Source: an uncultured Planctomycetota bacterium (lineage in GTDB: Bacteria; Planctomycetota; Planctomycetia; Isosphaerales; Isosphaeraceae). Taken from it: DNA of 64,000 bases. The translations under genes were made by a program, and so were the position numbers. Numbering within the stretch: the first letter of the stretch is position 1; each line of letters starts with the position of its first letter. Shown here in pieces: positions 40,081 to 52,700 of this stretch. The notes below the pieces were generated by a model. That model did not search any database and was not told the DNA's origin. It worked only from the letters and a program-made list of their open reading frames with translations. The DNA lies in contig CAWGMQ010000004.1 in NCBI GenBank assembly GCA_963823665.1, positions 2,112,001 to 2,176,000 on the forward strand. The letters run 5' to 3'.

Positions 40081-40813
40081 CTTCGTCGGCGAACACTTCG
40101 GACTCGTCCCCGAGGCGACCGACCTGTCGATGGTCGCCCTCCAGAACCAGGTGGCTGCCCGATTCTGTGAAAACAAGCCGCTCCAGCGCCTGATCTGGAT
40201 TCCCAAAGGACTGCAACCCCGGGATGAGCGCCAGAGCTCGTTCATCCGTCAACTCGAGTCCGATCCCCGCTCCGTCATGGGGGCCGAGTCGATCGCCGAT
40301 ACGCTGGAGAACCTCAAGGTGCTGATGCAGACCCGGTGAGAGCGCGAGCAGGCCGAGCGCGACAAGCCGCCACCAAATCCTTCAACCGGCGGCGCACCCC
40401 GCGTGTACCTGATTTGCGATCAGAATGACGAGGCGGCTCTCGAGCCGCTCGAAGACTTCTTCTATGACCAGGGGATCGAAGTCAGCTTGCCGGGTTTCGA
40501 GGCGGAAGAACCCGAAGTCCAGCAGATCCACATCCAGAACCTCCGCGATTGTGACGCCGCCTTGATTTACTACGGATCCACCGGCATGCATTGGGTGGAC
40601 TTCAAGATTCGGGACCTGCAAAAAGCGGCCGGCTATCGGGATTCCCGACCCATTCCGGTGAGCGCGGTCTACGTCGCGCCGCCGTTCAACCACCGCAAGG
40701 AACGCTTCAAGAGCGTGTCGACCGAAGTGGTACGGCAGCCTGATGACAAGTTTGGGCCGGAATTGCTGACGGGCTTTGTCGCGGCCATTCGGAAAGTAAA
40801 GAATAAAGAATGA
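40079..40813 (+). pseudogene. 3' half of a TIR/DUF4062-like protein of the type found upstream of nSTAND NTPases; internal TGA at 40337
   Basis: One frame reads HFVGEHFGLVPE..SMVALQN..RLIWIP * ..VYLICDQND..NLRDCDAALIYYG..W; the N-terminal part is missing. Confidence 0.55.
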
Positions 40814-40882
40814 AACGGGAAGCGAATTAGGTTCTGTTCGAGCTACAATCACAAGTCGAGCTGAAGGAGAGGAGGACGAGCC

Positions 40883-41176
40883 ATGCAAATCGCTGTCGTA
40901 ATTGAACCGGTGGCGGGAAACGGGTATCGGGCGCGGGGAGATTTACTCGGTCTCAGCGCCGAGGGCCCGACGCGGGAGGCTGCTCTGGAAAGTCTCCGCC
41001 ACCAGCTCCAGGATCGGCTTCGTGAGGGAACGGAAATCGTCGCGCTGGAAGTTGCTCCGCCGAACCCTTGGATGGAGTTCGCCGGTATGTTCAAAGGCAG
41101 CTCCATGTTTGAAGACGTGCAGCGGATTATGGCTGAGAATCGCCAACGGGACGAGGCCGATCCAGACTACCCATGA
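40883..41176 (+). CDS. HicB-like fold antitoxin (type II TA)
   Basis: [17 protein letters not shown]...[23 protein letters not shown] overlap with the downstream PIN gene. Confidence 0.75.
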   Translation: MQIAVVIEPVAGNGYRARGDLLGLSAEGPTREAALESLRHQLQDRLREGTEIVALEVAPPNPWMEFAGMFKGSSMFEDVQRIMAENRQRDEADPDYP

Positions 41177-41343
41177 ACGCGCATCTGCTGGATACCCAGC
41201 TCAAGAAGATGAAGCTGAACGTCGGCAAGACAGACCTCCGCATCGCCGCCATCGCCCTTGAGGCGGGTGCAATCGTTGTCACTCGAAATCTTCGTGACTT
41301 CGGTCGCGTGCCCAATCTGCAGCTCGAGGACTGGAGCAAATGA
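41173..41343 (+). pseudogene. vapC: VapC/PIN toxin with a large in-frame internal deletion (56 aa left)
   Basis: MNAHLLDT joined directly to ...[37 protein letters not shown]; the middle of the PIN domain is absent. Confidence 0.8.
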
Positions 41344-41399
41344 ACTCAATGGGCATGCAGGTTCCCAATCCGTTTCCCGGCTTAAGACCGTTTCGCAGC
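41340..41399 (+). pseudogene. 5' relic of an nSTAND NTPase gene
   Basis: [20 protein letters not shown] matches the start of the 42292 gene ([20 protein letters not shown]), then diverges. Confidence 0.75.
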
Positions 41400-41525
41400 C
41401 CTCGACCTTGCCCGCGAGACAGTGAGCTGTTGACCCTGCCGGCGCAGACGACGCAGGTTGCGATCGGATATGGTGAAGAGCGATACGCTCGAGAAGCCGA
41501 CGCGAGGAAGGGCGAGATCGGCCCG

Positions 41526-41873
41526 ATGCCGCCAAACGAATAGTGTCCTCACTGTGGGACCATGGTGGAGGACTGGCACTTTGAGTGGTGTCCCGATGGC
41601 GCTGCTTTGTTGTTTTATCGTGGGAAAGCTGTGACTGATTGCCCCGTGTGTTTGACGCCGGTCTCCTACCAGGGCGGCACCTTTTCGGTTCCAACCGTAG
41701 CCGGTCTACCGCTGCTACGGAGGCAGGCGACCAAGGCAGCCCAGTGGAGGAAGAACAACGGAATAACTCTGGAGAAATACATCCAGGGCTGGTCAGCAGG
41801 TCAGCAGTACCTGAGCTATTTTAGCCAGGGCGCGATACAGCAAGCTGACCGCCACGCACAAGGAGCCCCATAA
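41526..41873 (+). pseudogene. small Zn-ribbon protein with an amber stop at codon 6
   Basis: ATG 41526 reads MPPNE*CPHCGTMVEDW...CPVC; the first CxxC lies upstream of the ORF-track start (41562). Confidence 0.55.
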
Positions 41874-42175
41874 TGCCTCTGACCGATGCCGAGCTTGCAT
41901 TCCTGGACGCCTACGTTCACGAGCTGTATTCGGCCCCCATGACGGGACCGCACAGTCGGGCATTGCGGGAGTTGGGAGCCAGTCAGTGGGATCTGTCCTG
42001 GCTACTTACGGCCTGGCACCGGAGAGTCCTGGGCGATGGCAAAAGTCCGCTCGGTTCTGTGCACTCAGAGCCGGTGCCTCTGCCGTGGTCATCCAAGGAC
42101 GTCCTCCTCTCCAGAGGACGGCAGCTACGTGAGGAACTAGAGCGTGAGGAGCCGGCTCGGGCGGTTGCTGGCTGA
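41873..42175 (+). CDS. 100-aa hypothetical protein, translationally coupled to the upstream gene
   Basis: TAATG stop/start overlap, AGGAG RBS, protein-like sequence MPLTDAELAFLDAYVHE. Confidence 0.7.
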   Translation: MPLTDAELAFLDAYVHELYSAPMTGPHSRALRELGASQWDLSWLLTAWHRRVLGDGKSPLGSVHSEPVPLPWSSKDVLLSRGRQLREELEREEPARAVAG

Positions 42176-42291
42176 TACGCCGACTTTGTCCTCCAACACG
42201 TCGGGTGGCGCCGAGGCGAGCGGCCCCTGCTGTGCGAGTACGCGACCGCGATCTCGAGGTCTTGGCGGTTCGCTAACGAAGAAAGAGAGCG

Positions 42292-45200
42292 ATGAGGGCA
42301 ATGGACCTCCAGCGGCCCAATCCGTTTCCCGGCCTTCGCCCATTCCGCAGCGACGAACACCACCTCTTCTTTGGCCGCGAGGAGCAGACTGCCGCTTTGC
42401 TCCAACTGCTGCGAACGAACCGCTTTCTCGCAGTGGTCGGCACCTCGGGCAGCGGTAAGTCGTCGCTGGTACGAGCCGGCATGATCGCCGAGCTTCACGG
42501 CGGCACCATGACCCAGGCCGGCTCGACCTGGGAGGTGATGATTCTTCGGCCCGGCGGCAGCCCCATCGAGAACCTGGCGCGAGCGTTCATCGAGGCCGAT
42601 CTCTACGATCGGGAAGACCCCAGCACCCTGCCTCGGTTGCTCGCCACGCTCAACCGCAGCCGCTTCGGCCTGGTCGAAGCGATGAAACAGTGCGAGCTAT
42701 TTGAACCGGGCACCAACCTGCTGGTCGTGGTCGATCAGTTCGAGGAGTTGTTCCGCTTCCGGCAACAAGGCGTGGATTCCGAGGAAACAGCCGCCGCGTT
42801 CGTGAACCTGCTCTTGACCGCGGGCAAGCAGGCGGAATGCCCGATCTACGCCACCATCACGATGCGTTCCGACTACCTGGGCGATTGTTCGGAGATTCCC
42901 GGCCTGGCCGAAGCGGTGAACGAAGGCGAGTACCTGATCCCCCGGCTGCTGCGCGATCAGAAGCGGGACGCGATCGAGAAGCCGATTGGCGTCGGCGGGG
43001 CCAAGATCTCGCCCATGCTGGTGCAGCGACTTTTGAACGAAGTGGGCGACGATCCCGATCAACTGCCGGTGTTGCAGCACGCGCTCATGCGGATGTGGGA
43101 TGCCTGGTCCCAGGGCTGCGACCACGATCGGCCGATCGACTTCGCTGACTTCGAGGGGACTGGCGGCCTGAGCGAGGCGCTCTCGAACCACGCCGACGAA
43201 ATATACGACGCGCTTCCTCACGACCGCCATCGGTCGGCCTGCGAGAAGATCTTCAAGACGCTCACTATGAAGGGTGACGACAACCGCGGCATCCGCCGGC
43301 CAACGCGGCTGGCGCAACTCCAGGCGATTGCTGGCGCGGATCGTGAGACGGTGACGACGGTGCTGGACGCCTATCGCGGGTCTGGCGTCACGTTTCTGAT
43401 GCCCGGGTCGGAAGTCGAACTGATCGACCGGACGGTGCTGGACCTGTCGCATGAGAGCCTGATGTGCGGCTGGCAGCGGTTGCGCATGTGGGTGGAAGAC
43501 GAGGCGCAATCGGCGCGGATCTTCCGGCGATTGCTGGACACGGCCCGGCTCCGGAGCGATGGGAAAGCCGGTCTGTTCCGCGATCCCGACTTGCAGATTG
43601 CGCTCTCCTGGCGCGAGCAGGAAGCACCGAACACGGAATGGGCCGAGCAGTACGGCGGCGATGTCGAGACGGCGATCGGCTTTCTGGAAGCGAGCAACGC
43701 CGAGACGGAAGCGGAACGGCATGCCAGGGAAGCCGCCCGGGGGCGCGAGCTGGATCAGGCCCGGCAACTGGCCGAAGCGCAGCGACTGCGGCTGGAGCAG
43801 CAGCAGCGCGCGGCGTACCGGCTTCGCCTGATGATTGCGGGCCTCGCCGCGGTCGCGCTCATCGCGGGCGTCGCCTGCGTCGTCGCGCTGTTTGCCAACC
43901 AGCGAGCCATCACGCTGGCGGTCGCGGCCCGGCAAAACGAGGAGAAGGCCAACCAGAACGCGCAACGAGCGGAGCGATCTCAGAAGGAGACGGCAGACGC
44001 TCTGCAGTTGGCGCGAGCCGCCGAGGAGGCGGGCCGCAAGCTGCTTTACACGACCGATATGCAACTCGCCCCCTTCGTCTGGCGCGACGATCGCACCACG
44101 GCCGAACGACTCCGCGTGCTGCTGGCGAAACACATTCCGGAGAGCAAGGCAGCCGGGAACGAGGATGTCACCCGCGCCAGCCTCAAGCCCGATCTGCGCG
44201 GCTTTGAGTGGTACTACTACCAGCACTTGCTGGAAAACAGCGCCGCGGTTTTCTCGGGGCACGGCGAGTCCGTCGTCGACGCTGCGTTCACAACGGAAGG
44301 CCCGCTGGTCACGCTGGATCAGAATGCCCAGGTGCGGCGGTGGGACGTCGGTTCGCAGCACGAAGATGACGCGAGCCGCCGCGACCTGCCCGGCGGGCCC
44401 GGCGCTCAATTCCGCGTTCTGTCGCCCGACGGCCGGCTGGCGGCGCTGGCCGAAGGGAACAAGGTTCGCGTCTATGACACCTCCACGGGCCATGAGAAGT
44501 TCGCGGTCGATTCGGCCAGCCCTCAAGACTTCGTGAGCCGCTATATCCGCCATCTGATCTTTTCACGGGACGGCGACAGGTTGGTCATCGTCGACGACAA
44601 GATCCGGTGGTTGAGCGCCGCAAGCGGCGAGGTGATCGCAACTTTTGACGAGAAACGTCCCCGCGTCGAATGTGTCGCCTTGTCGGCGGATGGGCTCACG
44701 CTGGCCGTCGGCGGCTACGGTAACGTCGGCGACCTGGCTTCCATCTTTCGCCTCGACGCGGCCGCAAAGACCGTGACTCCCCCGGCGACGGGCGTTGGCG
44801 TCCCCCCTGAAACGCTGTCCTGCTCCGCGCTCACAGTGAATGGCGGGCGGCTCGCTGTCGGCGCGATGATGTCGGGAAACCTGGCAGTTTTGGAGGCAAC
44901 TTCAGGCCGTTTGATTGGACGGCATACGTCCGCTCACGCGTCGTCCATCCGGGCGATAGCCTTCTCTGGCGACGGCGCCAGGCTGGCCACGGCCGACGCC
45001 GAAGGGACGATCAAGATCTGGGCCGATCTCGAGAAGCTAGACTCCAAGAGCGCGGCGCTCTTGACGCTCAAGGGCCATCAAGGGGCCATCCACACAGTCC
45101 GTTTCTCGACCGATGGCAAGCGGCTCGTCACCTCAAGCGCCGGCAAGACAGCCAGAGTCTGGGATCTCGAGAATGCCGGCGCGGCCATTCGGCCATTGGA

Positions 45201-48200
45201 AGGTCTTGCCGACGATGGGTCGCTCGATGGGACGCCCGTGACCCGCTTTTCGCCGGATGGCCAACTGATCGCCGCGGCCAACGGCCGCAGTGTGCGTCTG
45301 TGGGACGCCGCCACGGGGCGACTCGTCAAGGAACTGTCACACGGCGAGAAGGTTCGAGTCTCCAGCGTTGCATTCTCGCCGAGCGACAACCGTCTCCTGG
45401 CTGTCGGGTACGGCGGACCATCGGACGTGTCTTATGTTGCGCTGTGGGACATCGATGCCGCAGCGGAGCGGGCGCGGTTGACGGGAGCGACCGATCTGCC
45501 CGACTATTATCACACGGGCGAATATCAGTGGCAGATCGGTGCGCTCGAGTTTTCGCCCGATGGGAAGTATCTGGTTGCCGGATTCGGCTCAAAGCGCGGC
45601 ATTAATCCAAGAGCTGATCCCCGTCCGCTGAAAGTGTGGGAAGTCGCCACGCGCCGACTGATCCGCCGGCTTGATGGGCATGCGAACACATGTCTCTCTC
45701 TCGACTTCTCGCGGGACGGGACGCTCTTGGCCAGCGGCAGCCACGACGGGACGGCGATCATCTGGTCGACCAAGACGTGGAAGGCGATGCACACTCTCCA
45801 GAATCCCGATAACAGCTACCTTCCGGGCGGATGGATCACGGTCGAGGATGTGGCCTTTTCGCCGGACGGCAAGACCCTGGTCCTGGCGAGTTATGGCGGG
45901 ACCGTGCAGTTATGGGACGTCGCCACCGGGAAACTTCTGGAGACACTCAAGGGGCATTCCAGTGCCGTCATGGCCGTGGTGTTTTCGCCGGATGGCCGCA
46001 CCTTGGCCTCGGGCAGCAGCGACCAGACGGTCCGCCTCTGGAATGTCGAGACGCGGCGTGAGCTCTTGCAGTTAGATCACGGCGGCGTCGACCTGGGCCT
46101 GCAGATGCTATCACTCGCGTTTTCCCCAGAAGGCCGACAGTTGCTGACCGGATGGCGGGGAGTGCGCCGCCTTCTGGTCTAGCATGCCAATCGTCTGGAA
46201 CGATCCCGACCGGGCCGCCGAAACACTGCGACTCTTGCTCCATTCCCACGCCGACTTCCCGAGCCGCATCCGGATGTTCTCCGAAAACCTGAGGCTGCAC
46301 GAAGCACTGGCCAAGCTCGACGCGAACGACGAGCGCGTGCAAGCCGCCCTGGCCGCCACCGGAGCCAACTGGCATGCCTCGCGCAAGGCGTGGCCGGAGG
46401 CCGTGGCGGCCTTTGATCGGTTGGCGGCCGCCGATCCAAGAGGACCCGAGGCCTGGCTGCGCACGCCCGGGCTGCTTCGCCTGGCGACGGCCCTGGTGCA
46501 TCAAAATCGGTCATCCGTCGCGGCCACGCTGTTGCAAGGAGGCGCCGGGCGCCGCACCGCGGATGGGATCGCTGTGATCGAGCTGACCAGGGAGGGAATC
46601 GTCAGCGATCCGGCGACTGGAGAACTCTTGGGTCCCCTTCGGGCACTTGTCAATGAACGGCTCGCCAAGAAGCCGCGAGACGCCGGGCTGCTCGAACTCC
46701 GCGCCGAACTTGCCGGTCAATGGTCGGACGCCCAGGCCCAAGTGGCCGACTACACCGCCGCCATCGACGCGCTTGCCCCGCAGAAACCTGAGGTCGCCGC
46801 CGTCGATCTGAAGAGGCTCTATCGTCGCCGGGGCAACGCCTACGCCAGCCTGAAAAAATGGCCGGAAACCCTCGACGATTACGCCCACGTCGTGACCGAC
46901 ACCCCCCAGACGACCGACGCCGACCTGCTCTTGAACCGGGCCCGCGCCTATGAGGCGCTCAAGAACTGGGATGCCGCCGCGGCCGACTGGTCACGGGCGG
47001 CGAGTGGAAACCCGGACGGGGCCAAACTGCTCGGCGAGTTCGCGCGGCGACTTGTCGCCGCCGATCAACTCCCGCTGGCGAAGGCTCAGTTCCAGAAGTC
47101 CGAAGCACTTTACGCCCGATCGCTGCGGGAGGACCCTGAGAACGACATGGTCGCCAGGGCGCTGGCTCAACTCCTCTTCGATAAGGAAGAAAATGAGACC
47201 CGCACTCGATGGACGGTACTCAAGCCGAGCGAGATGAAATCGAAAGGCGGCGCAACGCTCTCGAAGCTTCCCGACGAATCCATCCTGGCCAGCGGCAAGA
47301 ACCCGCTCGGGGATGCCTATACGATTGTTGCCCCGACCCAGGTGACTCAGGTCAGGGCCATCCGACTCGAGGCCCTGACTCACGAGTCGCTCCCGAATCA
47401 GGGGCCAGGTCGTTCCGAACAGAACCGCGGCAATATCGACATGGTCAACTTCAAGATCACGGCCCACATTCCAGGGACGCAGCCTCGTCCGATCGAAGTC
47501 AGCCGGGTCGCCGCCGACTATTCCTACTTCGAACTGACAGCAACTCACTGGAATCTCGGGGAAGGCGAAGGGCGTTCGCACACCGCGGTCTATCTGGCCA
47601 GGCAGCCAGTCGACTGCAAAGACGGCACGCGGCTGGAGTTCCAGATGGAGTTTTACCCCGGTGCGGATTGGCCGCTCCAGAACCTGGGTCGCTTCCGGCT
47701 TGCGGTGGCCGGTGATCCTGCTGCGTTTGACGGGGAGCAGACACGCTTCGCTGCAATGAAGCTCAAGGACCCGTGGGCCAAGCTCGCCGTCGCATACGCC
47801 TTGAACGGTCGCAATGATGAGGCGACGCGATACTTTACCCGAGCACTCGATGGTCCGAGGGTCGCGAGGCGAGGCAGCCGATCCTCGAGTTCGCAGCGCA
47901 CTTCGGCGATCTCCTTCCCGCGCTGATCGAACGACAGATCGAACGACAGCCTGATGAACCGCAACTCCAGTTGGCCCTGGCTCGGAGCCTTGCCAGGCGG
48001 GGTAAGCAGCACCTGGCCGAGAAGCAGCCTGCGAAGGCCCAGGCGGCGCTGGAGAAATCCCGCGAGATTGTCGCGCGGCTCCGCGCAAAATACCCGGAAC
48101 CGGTATGGACCGTGCTGAAGCCGACCGAACTGAAGTCGGAGCGAGGACAAACGCTCACGCTGCAGGGCGACGGTTCGATACGGGCGAGTGGAACGAATCC

Positions 48201-49678
48201 GGATCGGGACACCTACACCCTGACCGCCCCGGTTGCCGGGGGAACCGTCGCCGGACTCCGGCTCGAAACGATCCCGGATGAACGGCTGAAGGGGGATGCC
48301 AGTCGCTGGTGGGGCGAGTTTTTCTTGACGCAAATTGACTTGGCCACACTTGCTGCGAGCGGTGGTACGGATCGCCCGCTGGCGATCAAGGATGGAGTCG
48401 CCGACTTTTCCCGGGACCAACACCCCTTGTCGCGCATTCGACCAGAATGATTCGACCTCCTGGGGCGTTTACCCGAGACACGACGAACCACACACCGCAA
48501 TTTTCGAGTGTGCATCTTCGTCGGCCGCCACAGCAGGAAACCAGCGGTTGAAGGTCCGACTCCGGTCGGGCTCCGTCACCTGGCCCGGGCGGAATCTCGG
48601 CCGCTTTCGTCTCTCCGTGACGAGTCATGCCCGAGACCTCACGGTGGGGGCCCGCCTGCGCAACGATTTGAAGGATAGCGAGATCGCGGACCTGCACGTC
48701 GAGCTGGCGAGGGCTCATGCCGAGCAAGGTCACGAGAGCGAAGCATTGGCCTCGTTGGTCGAGGCGCTCCCTCTCGCCGCGGACCGCGCCGGCAAAGCCA
48801 GGATCATCACCGAAGCCGCACCACTGGCAGGGGAGCTGGAAAAACTGGCCGAGGGCGCGAAAGACGATGCCCTGTTCCAGGCCGAACTGGCCCAGCATTT
48901 TGCCGCTCGAGGCAATGCCGTGGCTGCTAACGCCGCCCGCGCGAGGGCCTGCGCATTGTTCGCGGAGAAGCTGGCGCAGGAACCTGAGAACACCGCGCTC
49001 GCCGCGGACCTCCTCTTGGCCTACCAGTCGGCCGGCCGCACGCGCGAGGCGGTTCCGTATCTGGCGAAGACGTTCGCCGCAGTTCCGAGCGACATGTTGC
49101 TCCAGCAGGTTGCCGCTCTCCAGGCGTGGTTCGGACAGGAGAAGGAACTCGCGGCCACCCGGCAGCGGATACTCGCGTTCGCCAAGGACACGAGCGATGC
49201 AGGTACGGCCGAACGGGCGGCCAAGGCGTGCAGTATCCGGCTGTCCACCGACAAGGCGGAGCTTGACGCGGCACTGGCATTCGCTCGCAAGGGGGTGGAA
49301 CTCGATCACGGTAGCGAGTGGCGGGAGTGGCCGCTGCTGTCGCTCGGCATGGCGGAGTACCGCAGCGGCAACCACGCGGCCGCCACCCAGGCGCTGCTCG
49401 CCGCCGCAAAAGCTGGCTCGAACAATCCCATCGTCACGGGCATTTCCGCATTCTACCGGGCGATGAGCCTGTCTCGGCAAGGAAAGCCCGACGAGGCCCG
49501 CAAACTCGCAATCGGGGCCACTGCGCAGATGAAGCCCCTGCCGAAAGACGAGCAGAATCCGTTTGCCAATGGTGCCTACTACGACGACCTGATCCTGTGG
49601 CTGGCCTACAAGGAAGCAAAAGACTTAATCAAGTTCGACGCGCCGCCGCCGCCCGAGCCGGAGAAGGACAAGAAATGA
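42292..49678 (+). CDS. giant nSTAND1-type NTPase - TM - WD40 - TPR - beta-sandwich - TPR protein (frameshifts near 46160, 47860, 48432)
   Basis: [13 protein letters not shown], Walker [38 protein letters not shown] helix; WD40 repeats; two WTVLKP..KS.GG.TL..D.SI.ASG.NP domains; four ORFs join colinearly as judged by the paralog at 49758. Confidence 0.85.
49417..49561 (+). repeat. 145-bp identical repeat, copy A (3' end of the nSTAND gene)
   Basis: Identical by eye to 55695-55839. Confidence 0.88.
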
Positions 49679-49757
49679 AGCCGGCCCGGGACCGGATCGA
49701 TGCAGTAACAAAGGACGTGTTCCAGGGTATGCCGGGCGGCATCGAGGAGATCTGGAG

Positions 49758-52700
49758 ATGAGCGACAGCAACCCGTCCGCCGCGGACCCGCCGGGGCCAT
49801 CCGCCGCTCGCGAAAGGTCCAGCAAGATCCCGGACAAGCCGCCGGCCGACCTGAGCCCGACCATTGATTCCGAATCGAGTGCAGCGACGCCAAGCTGTGA
49901 CGTTACCACCGAGGGCACGTTTCCTTCATCGGTCGTCGATGGGCGCACGAAGTCTTACCTGACGGGCATGGCCACCGGGCCGACGGACGCGGAGCCGGGG
50001 GGTGCGGCCGTGGTGGTGTCGGTGGCGGGCTACGAGATCGAGAGCGTTCTTGGCCGCGGCGGCATGGGTGTCGTCTACAAGGCGCGGCATCTGGCCCTGA
50101 AGCGCACCGTGGCCCTGAAGATGGTGCTGGCCGGCGGGCACGCCGGACCGCGAGTTGGTGCGGTTCCGCATCGAGGTCGAAGCGGCGGCGCGGTTGCAGC
50201 ACCCCAACATCGTGCAAATCTTCGAGGTCGGCGAGGCCGGCGGGCATCCGTACTGCGCGCTGGAGCTTGTCGAGGGGGGCAGCCTCGCCGCCCAGCTCGC
50301 TGGCCAGCCGCTGCCGGCCCGGCAGGCGGCCCGGCTGGTGGAAGCCCTGGCGCGGGCGGTGCAACTGGCCCACAGCCGCAACGTCGTCCACCGCGACTTG
50401 AAGCCCGCCAATGTGCTGCTGACGCCGGACGGCACACCAAAGATCACCGACTTCGGCCTGGCCCGGCAACTGGACAGCGACAGCGGCGAGACGCAGGCCG
50501 GGCAGGTGATGGGCACGCCGTCGTACATGGCCCCCGAACAGGCGTCGGGATGCGCCTACGAGGCCGGGCCGGCGGCGGACGTGTACGCGCTGGGGGCGAT
50601 CCTGTACAAGTGCCTGGCGGGGCGGCCGCCGTTCAAGGGCCAGACGGTGGTGGAGACCCTCGACCAGGTGCGGACACAGGAGCCGGTGCCGCCGTGCGCC
50701 TTCAGCCGAGTGTGCCCCTGGACCTGGAGACCATTTGCCTGAAGTGCCTGCGCAAGGAGCCGGAGAAGCGCTATGCGTCGGCCGCGGAGTTGGCGGACGA
50801 CTTGGTTCGGTATCAGCGCGGCGAGCCGATCCAGGCGCGGCCGGTGGGAAAGCTGGAATGGGCCTGGCGCTGGTGCCGCCGCAACCCGCTGCCGACGAGT
50901 CTGCTGGCGGGGATGGTGCTGGTGTTTCTGACGGGCTTTGCCGGGGTGGTCTGGCAGTGGCGCGTGGCCGAAACGGCGCAAAAGGAGACGTCAAACGCTC
51001 TTGCCGTCGTCGAATCCCAGAAGAAAGACGTGGAGGGAAGCTTGGCCAAGGCCGAGGAGGAGGCGGGCCGCAAGCTGCTGTATACGACCGATATGCAACT
51101 CGCCCCATTCCTTTGGCGCGACGATCGAACCACGGCCGAGCAACTTCGCGTTCTCCTGGCAAAACACATTCCCGATAGCAAGGCCGCCGGGGACAAGGAC
51201 GCCGTAGCAGCCGTTGCCAGACCCGATCTGCGCGGCTTTGAGTGGCACTATTACCAGCACTTGCTGGAACACAGCGCTACGGTTTTCTCGGGCATGGTGT
51301 TGCCCTCGCCGGCGGTGCTGTCACCTCGGCTGGTCAATTGGTGACGCTGGATCAGAACGGCCAGGTGAGGCGTTGAGACCTGGCTTCCCAGCATGAAGAC
51401 GCAAGGAGCCGCCGCGACCTGCCCGGCGGCCAAGGTGCTCAGTTTCGCGCCTTGTCGCCCAACGGACGGCTGGTCGCGCTGGGCGACGGCAACAAGGTGT
51501 ACGTATTTGACACCTCCACGGGCAAAGAGACGTTCCAGATCGAATCCGTCAATCAGAAAATCGTCAATCCGGAATATCCCCGTCTGATCTTCTCACGGGA
51601 TAGCGACCGGTCGGTCATAGTGGATGACAAGATTCGCTGGTTGAGCGCCGTAAATGGTCAGGTGATTGCGTCCGTCAATCAGAAATTCGACCACCTCTCG
51701 AGCTTGGCGTTGTCCGCCGATGGTCTGACGCTGGCCGTCGTCGGCCACGGTCACGGCTTGGGCCACTTTTCGATGTTCCGCCTGGACGCGACCAGGCGAA
51801 CCGTGACTCCGGGGGCAAAGGATGTCCAAGGCAGTGCAACATTGAACGCCTTGGCGTTGAGTCCGGATGGCCAACGGCTCGCGCTCGGCTATAGCCTGTC
51901 TGCTGGGCTGTCGGTTTACGACAAATCCACTGGACGCTTGATCGCAGAGAATCGGTCGGCTCACGCCTCGCCCCTCACCGCGATCTCCTTCTCCGGCGAC
52001 GGCGCGAGGCTGGCCACGGCGGATTCCCAGGGGACGATCAAGATCTGGGCGGACTGCGCAGAAGCTCACTGCGGTGCTGCTGACGAAGAAGGGTCATCAA
52101 GGGGCGATCAATGGCGTCGCTTTCTCGAGCGATGGGAGGCGGCTCGTCAGTGCGAGCGTGGACAAAACGGCCAGAGTCTGGGACCTGGAGAATGCCGGTG
52201 CGGCAATCCGGCCCTTGGAACGTGCCGACGGTCGGTGTCTCGTGGCACGTTTTTCCCGCAATGGCCAGTTGATCGCCAGCGCCGTGGGCAACAGCCTGCG
52301 GCTCTGGGACGCCGCCACGGGCCAACTGGTGCGGGAGCTGTCGGCCGGCGACGAGGGTCGTATAGAAAGCGTGGCATTCTCGCCTGCCGACGACCGCCTG
52401 TTGGCCGTCGGGTACGGCGTACCACAACAGAGCGGGCGAACAGACATTTCTTATGTCGCGCTCCGGGACATCGATGCCGCGACGGAACTCGTGCGCTTGC
52501 CCGGAGCGACCGATCTGCCCGGCCCCGTGGTGAGCGAATTCTGGGGGGCAGTCGCGGCGCTCGCGTTTTCGCCTGACGGGAAGTATCTCGCGGCCGGTTT
52601 CGGCACAAAGATGTGTTTTTGGCATGAAAGTTATCCGGTTCCTCTGAAGGTCTGGGAAGTCGCCACGCGCCGGCTGATCGGCCGTCTGAATGGACACACG

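Noticed and set aside
42697..44553. Long antisense and alternate-frame ORFs (e.g. 618 aa here, 52038-53336, 48386-49480, 9167-10213, 60227-61252)
   Set aside because: Shadow ORFs expected opposite real genes in high-GC DNA; no recognisable motifs.
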